Shown: positions 26,233 to 35,180 of the stretch, one piece after another
Position numbering within the stretch: the first letter of the stretch is position 1
How the letters are laid out: every line of letters starts with the position of its first letter
NCBI GenBank assembly: GCA_013202715.1
Contig: JABMRF010000018.1
Coordinates: forward strand, 14,641 to 78,640
Direction: 5' to 3'
DNA: 64,000 nucleotides
Source of the DNA: Candidatus Kuenenbacteria bacterium
GTDB lineage: Bacteria > Patescibacteriota > Patescibacteriia > UBA11705 > JABHMO01
Made by a program: the position numbers and the translations under genes
The notes under the pieces: model-generated
Told to the model about the DNA's origin: nothing
The model's input: only the letters and a program-made list of their open reading frames with translations
The model's database searches: none

Positions 26233-26841
26233 ATGTTAATCGAAATAAACAATCAAACCCCTGAATACCCAAAAATCAAACAAGCAGTTGATCTTATAAA
26301 AAACAACTGCGGTGTTATTGTTTACCCTACCGATACAATCTATGGCTTTGGTTGTGATATTTTTTGCAAGGAAGCTGTAAACCGGATTTATAAAATAAAA
26401 AAGAAAAAACCTACTGGATTTAGTTTCATTTGTCCCGACCTAAAAGAAATTTCAAAATACGCCATTGTTTCAACCTATGCTTATAAAACGATGAAGCGAC
26501 TCTTACCCGGACCATACACTTTTATTTTCAAAGCTACAAAACTTGTTCCAAACGAATTAATTCCAAACAAAAAAACTGTCGCCATTCGAATTCCTGACAA
26601 CCCAGTTTGTCTAGAATTGGTAAAACAACTTGGCAACCCGATTGTCACAACAAGTGTTAATGTTTTCAAACAACCTCACTTTTCTGATCCACTTGAAATT
26701 GAAAAACAGTTTGGTGATCAAGTAGATCTAATTATTGATGCCGGAACGCTCATAAACGAGCCTTCAAGTGTGGTTGATTTGTCCGGTGATGAACCGATTG
26801 TTATTCGTGAAGGAAAGGGGGACGTGAGTTTATTTGAGTAA
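26233..26841 (+). CDS. tsaC: L-threonylcarbamoyladenylate synthase (TsaC/YrdC/Sua5 family)
   Basis: YrdC-domain motifs: ..VYPTDTIYGFGCD......RIY.IK.R....F......P....I...A.......K..L.LLPGP.T. Confidence 0.8.
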   Translation: MLIEINNQTPEYPKIKQAVDLIKNNCGVIVYPTDTIYGFGCDIFCKEAVNRIYKIKKKKPTGFSFICPDLKEISKYAIVSTYAYKTMKRLLPGPYTFIFKATKLVPNELIPNKKTVAIRIPDNPVCLELVKQLGNPIVTTSVNVFKQPHFSDPLEIEKQFGDQVDLIIDAGTLINEPSSVVDLSGDEPIVIREGKGDVSLFE

Positions 26842-26912
26842 ACTCCTTGACACATACAACAAAATAATTTAACATAACATATCAACCGTTCATTTCACAA
26901 TGAGGATGTAAA

Positions 26913-27146
26913 ATGGAAAAAGCAAAAAAAGAACTGATGTCAGAAAGAACAGCTGGGATCCTTGTTTTAGCAATAATAGACATAATGGTTATGATTGCAG
27001 TCTGTATTATTCCAACAATCCTTCTAGGACTAAAGCTCTTCCCTGTTTTTGGTTCACTGGCGCTTCTGATCTGTGCAATCTTTAATCTGGCGACCATTAT
27101 CTCATTTAGAAAACCCAAGGGCAATAAAATGGAGAAAAACAATTAA
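26913..27146 (+). CDS. small membrane protein
   Basis: Two TM helices with a weak RBS. Confidence 0.3.
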   Translation: MEKAKKELMSERTAGILVLAIIDIMVMIAVCIIPTILLGLKLFPVFGSLALLICAIFNLATIISFRKPKGNKMEKNN

Positions 27147-27195
27147 CTGGACAACCTCAACAAATTTTTCAGATTGGCCGACAGGAAACATCGGC

Positions 27196-27504
27196 ATGAC
27201 GATAATGTTGGTAACCCTTGTTGCTTGCGTATTACTGATTATGCTATTTGACCATTACCACAGACAACAGACAAAAACGCAACGCTTGAATACTTTTTAC
27301 AAAATTTATTCCTGGCTATCCGGTATATTAGGGCTCGCTACGCTATTTGGACTTGTCGTTGCCTGCTTCGACATTACCGTCTACACAATCATTCTCGGCT
27401 ACATCAATTTTGTTGCCTACCTGGCGCTACTCGGTAGCGCGGACACTGCGGGAAACGCAATCCCGCTAGAAGATCAGCCAGACACTTACTCAGAATGGAA
27501 CTAG
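27196..27504 (+). CDS. small membrane protein
   Basis: Three hydrophobic helices. Start is uncertain. Confidence 0.3.
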   Translation: MTIMLVTLVACVLLIMLFDHYHRQQTKTQRLNTFYKIYSWLSGILGLATLFGLVVACFDITVYTIILGYINFVAYLALLGSADTAGNAIPLEDQPDTYSEWN

Positions 27505-27649
27505 TATCTCAAAAAGAATGACCATTGACCTTACCTCAACTAATCAGAGGGAACCATGTTCCCTTTTTTATTTTACATTTTAATGCTAAACTATAAATAG
27601 ATATAAAAAAATCCGCTAATCATGGTAGCGGAAATGTGTTGCAGATTTA

Positions 27650-27940
27650 CTATTCCAAGCCAAGCGCTCGAAGTTCTGCAGAATAAACTTGTAAAACTTG
27701 GAGTCTTTCCTGCGATGGCAAGGCAGATATTGCGTCCTTTAAGTTTCTTTCTGTTAAACGCACGTCGTCTTGCGCAGCGCTCACGGCTCGCAAGGCTCTC
27801 TTTTCTTCATTACTGGTACCCTTAACACCAAAACCAGTCATACGCCTATTTTTCTTTGCCAGTTTCAACATACTAACTGCAGCCTGCCAGTGATTAAAGG
27901 CTGTTCTAAAATGGTTCATCAAATTACTTGTCTGTTCCAT
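27650..27940 (-). CDS. hypothetical protein (96 aa)
   Basis: RBS aaggag lies 5 nt before the ATG. Promoter on the minus strand at rc 27990-28030. Confidence 0.45.
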   Translation of the reverse strand: MEQTSNLMNHFRTAFNHWQAAVSMLKLAKKNRRMTGFGVKGTSNEEKRALRAVSAAQDDVRLTERNLKDAISALPSQERLQVLQVYSAELRALGLE

Positions 27941-28064
27941 AGCGTTCTCCTTTTATATTTGGAGCAACTATTACAAAAGAAACAACCATCTATGTTATAC
28001 TTATCAAAAATAATTTACATTGTCAATAGTAGAAAAGTTAACAATTCATATATTTGCATATAAT

Positions 28065-28286
28065 ATGATTATAAGCGTAAAAGTCACAACCAAAGCATCA
28101 AAAAACGAAGTCATCCAACGGAAGTCTAAACTTTTTCATGTTTTGACAACAGCAGTTCCAGAAAGAGGAAAAGCAAACAAAGCGGTCATCAATCTACTGA
28201 GCGAGTATTTGAAAATCCCAAAATCCAGTATTACAATCAAATCTGGACAAGGAAAAATAAATAAGATACTTGAAATTGAAGACTAG
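28065..28286 (+). CDS. DUF167/YggU family protein
   Basis: The pattern MIISVKVTTKASKNEVIQ...L.V.TTAVPERGKANKAVINLLSEYLKIPKSSITIKSGQGK.NKILEIED is typical of UPF0235. Confidence 0.65.
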   Translation: MIISVKVTTKASKNEVIQRKSKLFHVLTTAVPERGKANKAVINLLSEYLKIPKSSITIKSGQGKINKILEIED

Positions 28287-28409
28287 ATCGCCCTTCTTCT
28301 CTATTGGTAATACTTCAAACCGCCCATACGCGGTTTTTTTGTTTTATTTATTTTAGGTTGACATTCACGCCTAAATCTACTAAACTGACATAAAGGTTCA
28401 TTGAAAACA

Positions 28410-28447
28410 ACCTCTCGGCTCCGCTCGAGACCTACGAGGAGAAAACG
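28410..28447 (+). promoter_or_regulatory. conserved 5'-UTR element, short version
   Basis: Sequence cctctcggctccgctcgagacctacgaggagaaaacgATG. Related copies at 42312-42368 and 35112-35180. Confidence 0.45.
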
Positions 28448-28828
28448 ATGAAATGGAACGATCAAAAAAGGGCAGAAGCTATTATCGAAAGATTGGAACA
28501 TCTTCCGCAAGCATGTGGATTTTTTCTGCGTCAAGGTTATTTTTTAGTTTCTTACTCTAGAGTGGCTGAAACAGTTCCTGTTCCCATTCTACTTTATGAG
28601 AGACTTTGTCGATTTGAAACCAGAACGGGCGCCTTGTGGCAAAATCTACAAAAACTTCTCGCAAAGCATTTTAATAATGAAATTTTAATAAAAGATAAAG
28701 ATTTTGACACCGTTACAATAACCATTTGCGGAGACGGAGAAGTTCTTTACGAACGACCAGCGACTCTGCATGAGGAGCAAAAGTTGAATATCAATTTCCG
28801 TAAACTGCAAACGCCGGTAAATCTCTAA
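28448..28828 (+). CDS. hypothetical protein
   Basis: First of three co-oriented unknown ORFs that end at a terminator at 29835-29875. Confidence 0.45.
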   Translation: MKWNDQKRAEAIIERLEHLPQACGFFLRQGYFLVSYSRVAETVPVPILLYERLCRFETRTGALWQNLQKLLAKHFNNEILIKDKDFDTVTITICGDGEVLYERPATLHEEQKLNINFRKLQTPVNL

Positions 28829-28837
28829 GGAGGGGCC

Positions 28838-29242
28838 ATGCATCACATGACACCACAACAACAACAAACATGGAACGATGCACGACGTGCAGCCTTTATC
28901 ACATTAAAAGTTAGAGCAAAGGCTGCAGCACAGAAATTCTTCAGTCAGGGACAAGTCTTTGATCTGAAAATTTATGAAAAAACGCTAGGAGACAATATAC
29001 CCTCCGTAAGCAGATCTTATGTAATAGAAAGTAGTTCAGAAAATTTCTGGACCGCTCTGGAAAAGGAACTCACGATACTGTTCAATGAAGTTCCTGGTTA
29101 CGCGAAAAATTTTTGCCTGATTCCTTTTCAGATTTTACTCAATGGACGAACGGTCCACAACTATCTCCCTCGGCCAACAACCAGCAGAAACAAGGTTTTA
29201 TGCATTTCCTTTTCAAGGGCAACAAAACCAAGGTCTTTGTAG
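28838..29242 (+). CDS. hypothetical protein
   Basis: RBS ggagggg before ATG. Confidence 0.45.
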   Translation: MHHMTPQQQQTWNDARRAAFITLKVRAKAAAQKFFSQGQVFDLKIYEKTLGDNIPSVSRSYVIESSSENFWTALEKELTILFNEVPGYAKNFCLIPFQILLNGRTVHNYLPRPTTSRNKVLCISFSRATKPRSL

Positions 29243-29371
29243 CAAACCACGCCGTCCTGATACAGGACGGTTTTTGTTTTACTATTGACGGTCACGCGTA
29301 TTACTGCTATACTAGAAAAATCGTCCAATAAACAATTGGATTGATCGTCATCTTCAAACACAGGAGGAACC

Positions 29372-29830
29372 ATGGAAGCAACCCCACGGCAAGTTGAAGA
29401 TTTGTTTGACAATGGCTTCGAAGAAGCCATGAAAACCATTGGCAGGAATTTTCTGACTGATCCGAAAATTCAAGTCTGGCTCAAAAAAATGAAGCATTTT
29501 CACTTCACCGTTTCCGGTAGAATCAACCGCCCAAAACGGCTTGAAATTACTGCTAAGAAATCCAACATTTTCCATGTTGAAGATACTGAAAATGAAAGTA
29601 CCATTTACAAGTTTGCTTTATGCCTGGCAAAATTTCTGGAAGACCTGGAAGTCAAGCCAGGGTTCAACGACTTGTGTTTCATTCAAACTAGGTCCTCCGC
29701 TACCAGCCTGATTTACTACACAAACAGAGAGAGAAATCGACGTAGCTTGATGGAAATGAACTCTGCTGCTGCCATCAATGACGCCCATCTGACTATCGCC
29801 ATTGCTCCTGATGAAATTCTGGAGCTGTAG
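29372..29830 (+). CDS. hypothetical protein
   Basis: RBS aggagga before ATG. Terminator aaagcccgctcatcgctgtgagcggggcttttttt follows. Confidence 0.45.
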   Translation: MEATPRQVEDLFDNGFEEAMKTIGRNFLTDPKIQVWLKKMKHFHFTVSGRINRPKRLEITAKKSNIFHVEDTENESTIYKFALCLAKFLEDLEVKPGFNDLCFIQTRSSATSLIYYTNRERNRRSLMEMNSAAAINDAHLTIAIAPDEILEL

Positions 29831-29938
29831 CGCAAACAAAAGCCCGCTCATCGCTGTGAGCGGGGCTTTTTTTATATTACAACTCAAACAAAGATCACTT
29901 ACTAAATCGGTGGGAAAATTTTTACTGTTCAGCCACTA

Positions 29939-30340
29939 CTAATTCTTCAACTGAATCCAGCCTGTTCGGGCACCACGAGAATTAAAGCTTGGGCATAATT
30001 CAGGATAATTAGGATTACATGTTGTTTTACAAACCTTTTTATATACATCCTCCCACTCACAATGTTCCTCAGAACCAACTCTTTCACGTGTTTTCTTTTT
30101 CTGTCCTTGTTTATCAGTAACAATTTTTACTTCATAAACAGGCACATCACGGCAAACATGGTCCATTGTTTCATTGATATCACATTCTGTTACCGATCGA
30201 ATACAAAGATACTGACTCCCATTACGCGTAATCTCAACTCCAGAAGAACACCCATCTAGATCTGGTGTATAATTATAATGCGGTCCACAATTAAAACAAA
30301 AAACAACCAATAATGAAATAAATGCAAACAAACCTTTCAT
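29939..30340 (-). CDS. secreted cysteine-rich small protein (bacteriocin-like candidate)
   Basis: RBS gggagg before ATG (MKGLFAF..). Signal peptide present. The roughly 110-aa mature part carries at least 12 Cys. Confidence 0.5.
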   Translation of the reverse strand: MKGLFAFISLLVVFCFNCGPHYNYTPDLDGCSSGVEITRNGSQYLCIRSVTECDINETMDHVCRDVPVYEVKIVTDKQGQKKKTRERVGSEEHCEWEDVYKKVCKTTCNPNYPELCPSFNSRGARTGWIQLKN

Positions 30341-30444
30341 CACGCCCTCCCATAATAGAAACTTGCCAAAACACCTTTCAATTTTAATCTTAAACGTAAG
30401 CAACCTTTTTGTCAAGATAAAAACCGCTCAACTTTGTGAGCGGT

Positions 30445-31044
30445 TTATTGGTTTCTGACTAAAGTTCGACTAAGAAATTTCTTTAGTAAAACAACGGATA
30501 ACCAACAAATATTAGTCAAAAAATGATAAAACACAATCATACCAAAAGCATAGAAAAAGTACATAGGTGCATTTCCATAACCAGACCAGTGCGCCAGAAA
30601 AATGAACATAGTCGCTCCAAAAACACCAGTCCAAATTTTAGATAAAGGCGTTTTGTATGCATGATCATATGCAAACAAACTTGAACTTATCGTTGCTATA
30701 ACAAAAAACATTATTGTATTCCCAATTTCCGTTTGAAAATCAAGATAATAAATAGTCGAAAACAACACCAGCACCGGAACTGTCCGATAATAAATCTCTT
30801 CTATTACTGCAGCCTTAAGGTTTAACAACCAAATTTCCTTTGTAAATTTTTGAAAATTAATCAACTCTGGTATTCCTCGTTCTGCCATTCTAATTGACTC
30901 TTCAATTCTTTTAGGAAAAAACATTCTATCTAATTGATTAATAACCAGGTTGATAAAAATATTAATAACCAAAAAAACTATTAAAAAGTATATGGCTGAC
31001 GAAAAATCTTGAGGTATTAAAAATTGACTCAAAAATTCATTCAT
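30445..31044 (-). CDS. CPBP-family intramembrane metalloprotease (CAAX protease self-immunity, Abi)
   Basis: Motifs EEIYYR, FAYDHAY and HWSGY fit the EExxxR / FxxxH / HxxxN-D pattern of the CPBP family. Multi-TM protein. Confidence 0.65.
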   Translation of the reverse strand: MNEFLSQFLIPQDFSSAIYFLIVFLVINIFINLVINQLDRMFFPKRIEESIRMAERGIPELINFQKFTKEIWLLNLKAAVIEEIYYRTVPVLVLFSTIYYLDFQTEIGNTIMFFVIATISSSLFAYDHAYKTPLSKIWTGVFGATMFIFLAHWSGYGNAPMYFFYAFGMIVFYHFLTNICWLSVVLLKKFLSRTLVRNQ

Positions 31045-31139
31045 TACCTACCTCCTTTTAAGGAACTAATCGAATATACCACCTTACTTTATTAAAATTA
31101 CTTTGTCAATGCAACTGACTATTGTATCTTTTATTAAGC

Positions 31140-31175
31140 TTCATCAAAAAACCGCTGAATATTATCAGCGGTTTT
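31140..31175. terminator. bidirectional terminator
   Basis: Sequence aaaaaaccgctgaatattatcagcggttttct. Confidence 0.55.
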
Positions 31176-31356
31176 CTATCTATTTAAAAATTTTCAATTG
31201 CACAAATTGCAGATTAAACTCTGACAGGTCACAAACAGCCTCATGCACTTGTGGGACCTCATCAAATTTCAATCTAACAGCTTCTGGTGGATAGCTTGCC
31301 AAGAGAGAAGAAACACATTGATCAATATAACTGCCGCTACCACATTTGACAACAAG

Positions 31357-32124
31357 CTAGTTAGTTTTTGTTTGGTCGTTGTCACCCCTCTGTTTCACCA
31401 CGCCAAAAACCGGTCGCACCAATCTGCACAATTCCTCAGGCGAAGGCAATTCGTGTAAATAATCAATATCCATAAACCTCACTCGATTTCCTGATATTGT
31501 TTTGTAACCGATCGTAGGTATCTTTCCGTCAACGGTTTTAGTTCCGACACAAATACTCCTCCGACGTCCATTTAGTAATTTTTTGTCTTTCCACCAAAGG
31601 AACAAACCCAATAAAAGTTGTTCTATATAATTCATACCGTCGGCCCGCAAATCAAACCCTTTTTTTTCTTCTTCCAGCAATCCAGGTTCTCGACGGTTTG
31701 GTGTCCAAAAGGCATAAGTATTTGATTCATTACTTCTCGAAAGCTCAGTGACCCTTTGCCTTTCACCACAAAAATCAAAAGTGCAAACATAACACCTTTT
31801 GCGAGTAATATGAATTTCGCTCATACAATTTCTGCGAAGTTCTTGCAGGTATTCAGAATAAGACCCCTTACTCTTTTGCAAACCATCAACTGAATATTCT
31901 GACAAGCAATAATCTTCAACTTGCTGTACTGTTAAGCCCTTTGGAACAATAATCAAAATATCAGATTTCTGCGGTTTTGCCACAACCTCATTCATCATAT
32001 AATTTACATCCAGTGTAATCCGAAAACAATGCTGGAAAAAAATTCCCCAGCTCATCGCCTGAGACATTGTGTCCAGATCTCTTTCGTCATCAAAAATCAA
32101 GATTTTATGGAGAGGAGATTTCAT
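31357..32124 (-). CDS. hypothetical protein (255 aa)
   Basis: N-terminus HKILIFDDE is receiver-like but not canonical. A Cys cluster CYVCTFDFCGE is present. Confidence 0.4.
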   Translation of the reverse strand: MKSPLHKILIFDDERDLDTMSQAMSWGIFFQHCFRITLDVNYMMNEVVAKPQKSDILIIVPKGLTVQQVEDYCLSEYSVDGLQKSKGSYSEYLQELRRNCMSEIHITRKRCYVCTFDFCGERQRVTELSRSNESNTYAFWTPNRREPGLLEEEKKGFDLRADGMNYIEQLLLGLFLWWKDKKLLNGRRRSICVGTKTVDGKIPTIGYKTISGNRVRFMDIDYLHELPSPEELCRLVRPVFGVVKQRGDNDQTKTN

Positions 32125-32149
32125 TTTTATCTTCCTTCGTATTATCTTT

Positions 32150-32584
32150 TTATTGATATATGCTTCTCACGGAAAGATACAATAAAAGCCCTGCACCTGT
32201 CCAATAAGCTATTGCCATTAACACAAACTCTAGTCCGAACGCAAAATAGAAAATAATTGAGCTTATAGCAACTGACACTAAACACATTTTAACAAGAAAT
32301 ACCTTAATGCTTTTTCTAAATCCTTTGTTCAGCTTGTCCCCTTTTTCATTAGATACTATTTTTCTTATGGTCAAATATGCGAATATACCAAAAAAACACA
32401 AACAACTGTCTGTCCATACTATTTGTAAATAGTAACTATCTCTACAGTTCGACGAAATCGAAAAACAAAAAATCAAACAAACAAAAAGCATCAACGCTAT
32501 CTGCATTATCACCTCTAGGATTTCCACGTACTTATTGTTCATCTTTCTCCTCCTTTTTATTTTCGCTAGAAGAGGTTTCGCCAA
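32150..32584 (-). CDS. small membrane protein
   Basis: 144 aa with four TM helices. Confidence 0.4.
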   Translation of the reverse strand: MAKPLLAKIKRRRKMNNKYVEILEVIMQIALMLFVCLIFCFSISSNCRDSYYLQIVWTDSCLCFFGIFAYLTIRKIVSNEKGDKLNKGFRKSIKVFLVKMCLVSVAISSIIFYFAFGLEFVLMAIAYWTGAGLLLYLSVRSIYQ

Positions 32585-32867
32585 TAGTTGCGACTACAAA
32601 AATAAAAAAAGCTAGAATACAACCATATACCCCGATCCCAAAAACCATACCAGCCAATGAATAATCCACGGACTCATTGCATATAGAGTTATTTTCAGCT
32701 ATACCCATCAAAATTATTCCAAAAAACATTAAAAGTCCAAAAATAATAGCCACATACCCTGAAAAACTCTCAAGCCTTTTAGACTCTTTAATTACCTTTT
32801 TCATTTTTCCCTCCAAATTGTCAAGGAACAACTCCCAACCCATAAAATCCTTTTGCAAGAATTGCAT
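32532..32867 (-). CDS. small membrane protein
   Basis: 111 aa with TM helices. Overlaps its neighbour. Confidence 0.35.
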   Translation of the reverse strand: MQFLQKDFMGWELFLDNLEGKMKKVIKESKRLESFSGYVAIIFGLLMFFGIILMGIAENNSICNESVDYSLAGMVFGIGVYGCILAFFIFVVATIGETSSSENKKEEKDEQ

Positions 32868-32915
32868 GAGTTGTGGGAAGAACTAAGATGCTAGTTCTTC
32901 CCAGGTTGAAATAGA

Positions 32916-33188
32916 TTACTCGCCTCTCTTCTTGGTCATGTCCTTGTAAGCAAACCAGCCGAAACCAAGTCCACCCAGCGCTCCAAGAATAATTGCCAGA
33001 ACCCAGTTCAGCACATTGCAATCAAATAAATAGCTGGATGCAACATATGCTAGAAAACCGACCATTCCTCCGATGATGGGAATCGTGACCACCAAGTAAA
33101 TGACAATAATGACCCAAGACATGCGCTTGTTAAATTTTTCCCAATTCATTGATTTCTCCTTTGCATTAGTTAAATGAACATCATCCAA
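32916..33188 (-). CDS. small membrane protein
   Basis: 90 aa with two TM helices. Confidence 0.4.
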   Translation of the reverse strand: MDDVHLTNAKEKSMNWEKFNKRMSWVIIVIYLVVTIPIIGGMVGFLAYVASSYLFDCNVLNWVLAIILGALGGLGFGWFAYKDMTKKRGE

Positions 33189-33342
33189 TTGAATGCAACA
33201 TTATAGCATACATAAAACCTACTGTCAAGGATTATATTAGATAATTTGGCTAATTTTATATAATGAAGCACGAATTATTAACAGCTGTTGTCAAAAATAT
33301 TGACAGTAAAATGAATACTTGCTATACTGAACATAAGAAAAC

Positions 33343-33397
33343 CCTGCCCTGGTTCGAGGTTTTATGTATTCTCATAAAACACCTCACCATGACAGGT
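33343..33397 (-). repeat. hairpin family G, copy 2, in the GIY-YIG 5' UTR
   Basis: Reverse complement is cctgtcatggtgaggtgttttatgagaatacataaaacctcgaaccaggg. It lies downstream of promoter TTGACA(33299)-17-TATACT. Confidence 0.65.
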
Positions 33398-33417
33398 AGG
33401 AAGACACACAAACGCCT

Positions 33418-33741
33418 ATGAAACACCAATATTTTGTTTACATCCTCGAATGCAGTGACGAAAGTTATTACACGGGCGTGACCAATAATTATAAAAAGCG
33501 TAAAAAAGAACACAATGACGGAAAATATCAAACCTGCTATACATATTCAAGGCGCCCATTAAAGCTGGTTTATGTGGAGGAACATAAATATATCAACGAC
33601 GCAATCGCCCGCGAAAAACAAATCAAGAAATGGTCGCGAAAAAAGAAAATTGCGTTAATTAACGATAATCCGACTAACTTGATATTCCTTTCTAAACGAA
33701 AAACAACGCAGGAAAAGATTAAAAACAAGAACAGGGATTAA
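33418..33741 (+). CDS. GIY-YIG nuclease family protein (UPF0213-type, about 100 aa)
   Basis: N-terminus YFVYILECSDESYYTGVTNNYKKRKKEHN matches the GIY-YIG motif. C-terminus is ..AIAREKQIKKWSRKKKIALI. Confidence 0.8.
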   Translation: MKHQYFVYILECSDESYYTGVTNNYKKRKKEHNDGKYQTCYTYSRRPLKLVYVEEHKYINDAIAREKQIKKWSRKKKIALINDNPTNLIFLSKRKTTQEKIKNKNRD

Positions 33742-33744
33742 TCC

Positions 33745-33806
33745 CACCTGCCCTGGTTCGAGGGTTTTTGCGTATTCTCGCAAAAACCTCCTCATCATGA
33801 CAGGTT
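33745..33806 (-). repeat. hairpin family G, copy 3, directly after the GIY-YIG stop
   Basis: Reverse complement is cctgtcatgatgaggaggtttttgcgagaatacgcaaaaaccctcgaaccaggg. It is a direct repeat of copy 2. Confidence 0.65.
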
Positions 33807-33828
33807 AGTCGGGAAACCCAAAGATCCA

Positions 33829-33886
33829 TCTGTCATGCTGAGGTGCTTTTCGACCATAGGGAGAAAAGCCTCGAAGCATGACAAGA
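33829..33886 (+). repeat. hairpin family G, copy 4 (inverted, different loop)
   Basis: Sequence tctgtcatgctgaggtgcttttcgaccatagggagaaaagcctcgaagcatgacaag. Confidence 0.6.
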
Positions 33887-33893
33887 CAAACGT

Positions 33894-34655
33894 ATGGAAC
33901 TTTCCAGTATCCTAAAATCAATCGGCTTTGACTCAAAGCAATCAGCTGTTTACCTTGCCTGTCTTCAACTCGGAGAAGACTCTGTTTTTAATATCGCTAA
34001 GCTTGCAAATGTTAAACGGCCAACAACCTATGTTATTCTTAATTCATTGGCAGAGCGAGGACTGATTAGCCTCCGAAAAACAAATAAGGCGACACTGTAC
34101 AGCGCAGCATCGCCAAAAAAACTTTTGGATCAAATTAAGCAAAGACAAAAGAATCTTGAATCCGCCATTCCAAACTTGATGGCAATCTACAATCAGCAGC
34201 CGAATAAGCCGGAAGTCCAGTTTTTTGAAGGCAAAGACGGAATTGCCCAGGTTTACTATGAAGTTCTAGAGGTTATGAGAAGCGGGCTGGAAGTTGTATT
34301 TTATGGCTCTATTATAGAGCCGGTTGAAATTTACCCTGACCTTTTCGAGGAATACAAAGAAACTCTAAAGAACCTAAAAGTAAAAACACGTGAAATACTA
34401 CCCTGGAATGAAGAAAACATTAAATATGCCAAAATAGTTAGTAAATTCAAGAACCCAAACCACGGACTTCGCTTTTTTAACAAAAAATATGAATGTGGTC
34501 GTGGTGATAATATTATATTTGGAAACAAAATTGCCTTTCTACCCTATCACAAGAATAAATACTATGTAATTGTCATTGAAAATGAAGATCTGGTTATAAC
34601 TCACAAAACATTATTTGAACATGCATGGAAGGCAGCAAAACCGTTAAAACAATAA
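33894..34655 (+). CDS. TrmB-like winged-helix transcriptional regulator
   Basis: The N-terminus LGFDSKQSAVYLACLQLGEDSVFNIAKLANVKRPTTYVILNSLAERGLI resembles the TrmB HTH domain. Confidence 0.5.
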   Translation: MELSSILKSIGFDSKQSAVYLACLQLGEDSVFNIAKLANVKRPTTYVILNSLAERGLISLRKTNKATLYSAASPKKLLDQIKQRQKNLESAIPNLMAIYNQQPNKPEVQFFEGKDGIAQVYYEVLEVMRSGLEVVFYGSIIEPVEIYPDLFEEYKETLKNLKVKTREILPWNEENIKYAKIVSKFKNPNHGLRFFNKKYECGRGDNIIFGNKIAFLPYHKNKYYVIVIENEDLVITHKTLFEHAWKAAKPLKQ

Positions 34656-34995
34656 TTACCCCAATTTCCCACTTTCACCCCCCATTTTTACGATATGGGG
34701 GTTTTTGCATACACTAGTGTGGACAAATAGACGAAAAACAGGCACTTTTCAACACGTTATCCACACTTTGATAAAAATTAAGAATAAATGATTAAAAATG
34801 AAGGATCTACCAAAATCGGAAGTAATTATATAATCAAAAAATACTAACCCACCATGTCAGCAAAAAGTATTTTTACTGCTATGAAAGATTAGTATTCAAT
34901 ATATAAGCCGAATGAGTTACTCGCCTACTGATCTCCATTCAACTAAGAACGCTGGCTGTGCCAGCCGTAGCTCTGACAAAGTACAGAGCGAAGGC

Positions 34996-35070
34996 TGGTG
35001 CCCCCGGCAGGAATCGAACCTACATCTAGACGTTAGGAGTGTCTTGTTCTATCCGTTGAACTACGGGAGC
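34996..35070 (-). tRNA. tRNA-Arg (anticodon CCU)
   Basis: Cloverleaf folded by hand: acceptor GCTCCCG/CGGGGGC, anticodon loop CTCCTAA, T-loop TTCGATT. CCA is encoded. Confidence 0.8.
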
Positions 35071-35111
35071 ATAATAAAGACCAACTACAAACAACTCTTC
35101 TAAATATTTCA

Positions 35112-35180
35112 CTTCTCGGCTACGCCTGCCTACCATTCGGCTTGAGCTCATGACCAAAGGCCACAGGCAGGCTCGAAGTG
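35112..35180 (+). repeat. conserved 5'-UTR element, long version, with no obvious downstream ORF
   Basis: Sequence cttctcggctacgcctgcctaccattcggcttgagctcatgaccaaaggccacaggcaggctcgaagtg. The core is shared with 42312-42368. Confidence 0.45.

Noticed and set aside
33418-33741. Group I intron or homing-endonuclease context for the GIY-YIG gene
   Set aside because: No interrupted host gene or intron core elements flank it. The flanks are short hairpin repeats, so a stand-alone cassette fits better.
34700-34780. Chromosomal replication origin
   Set aside because: Only 2-3 DnaA boxes are present, with no dnaA/dnaN, no AT-rich DUE and no recognisable skew switch. A similar element at 45745-45820 argues for a dispersed motif, not oriC.
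34912-35103. 63-aa ORF on the plus strand
   Set aside because: It overlaps tRNA-Arg(CCU) on the opposite strand. The 60010-60234 and 60828-61013 ORFs likewise overlap tRNA-Ala and tRNA-Lys.
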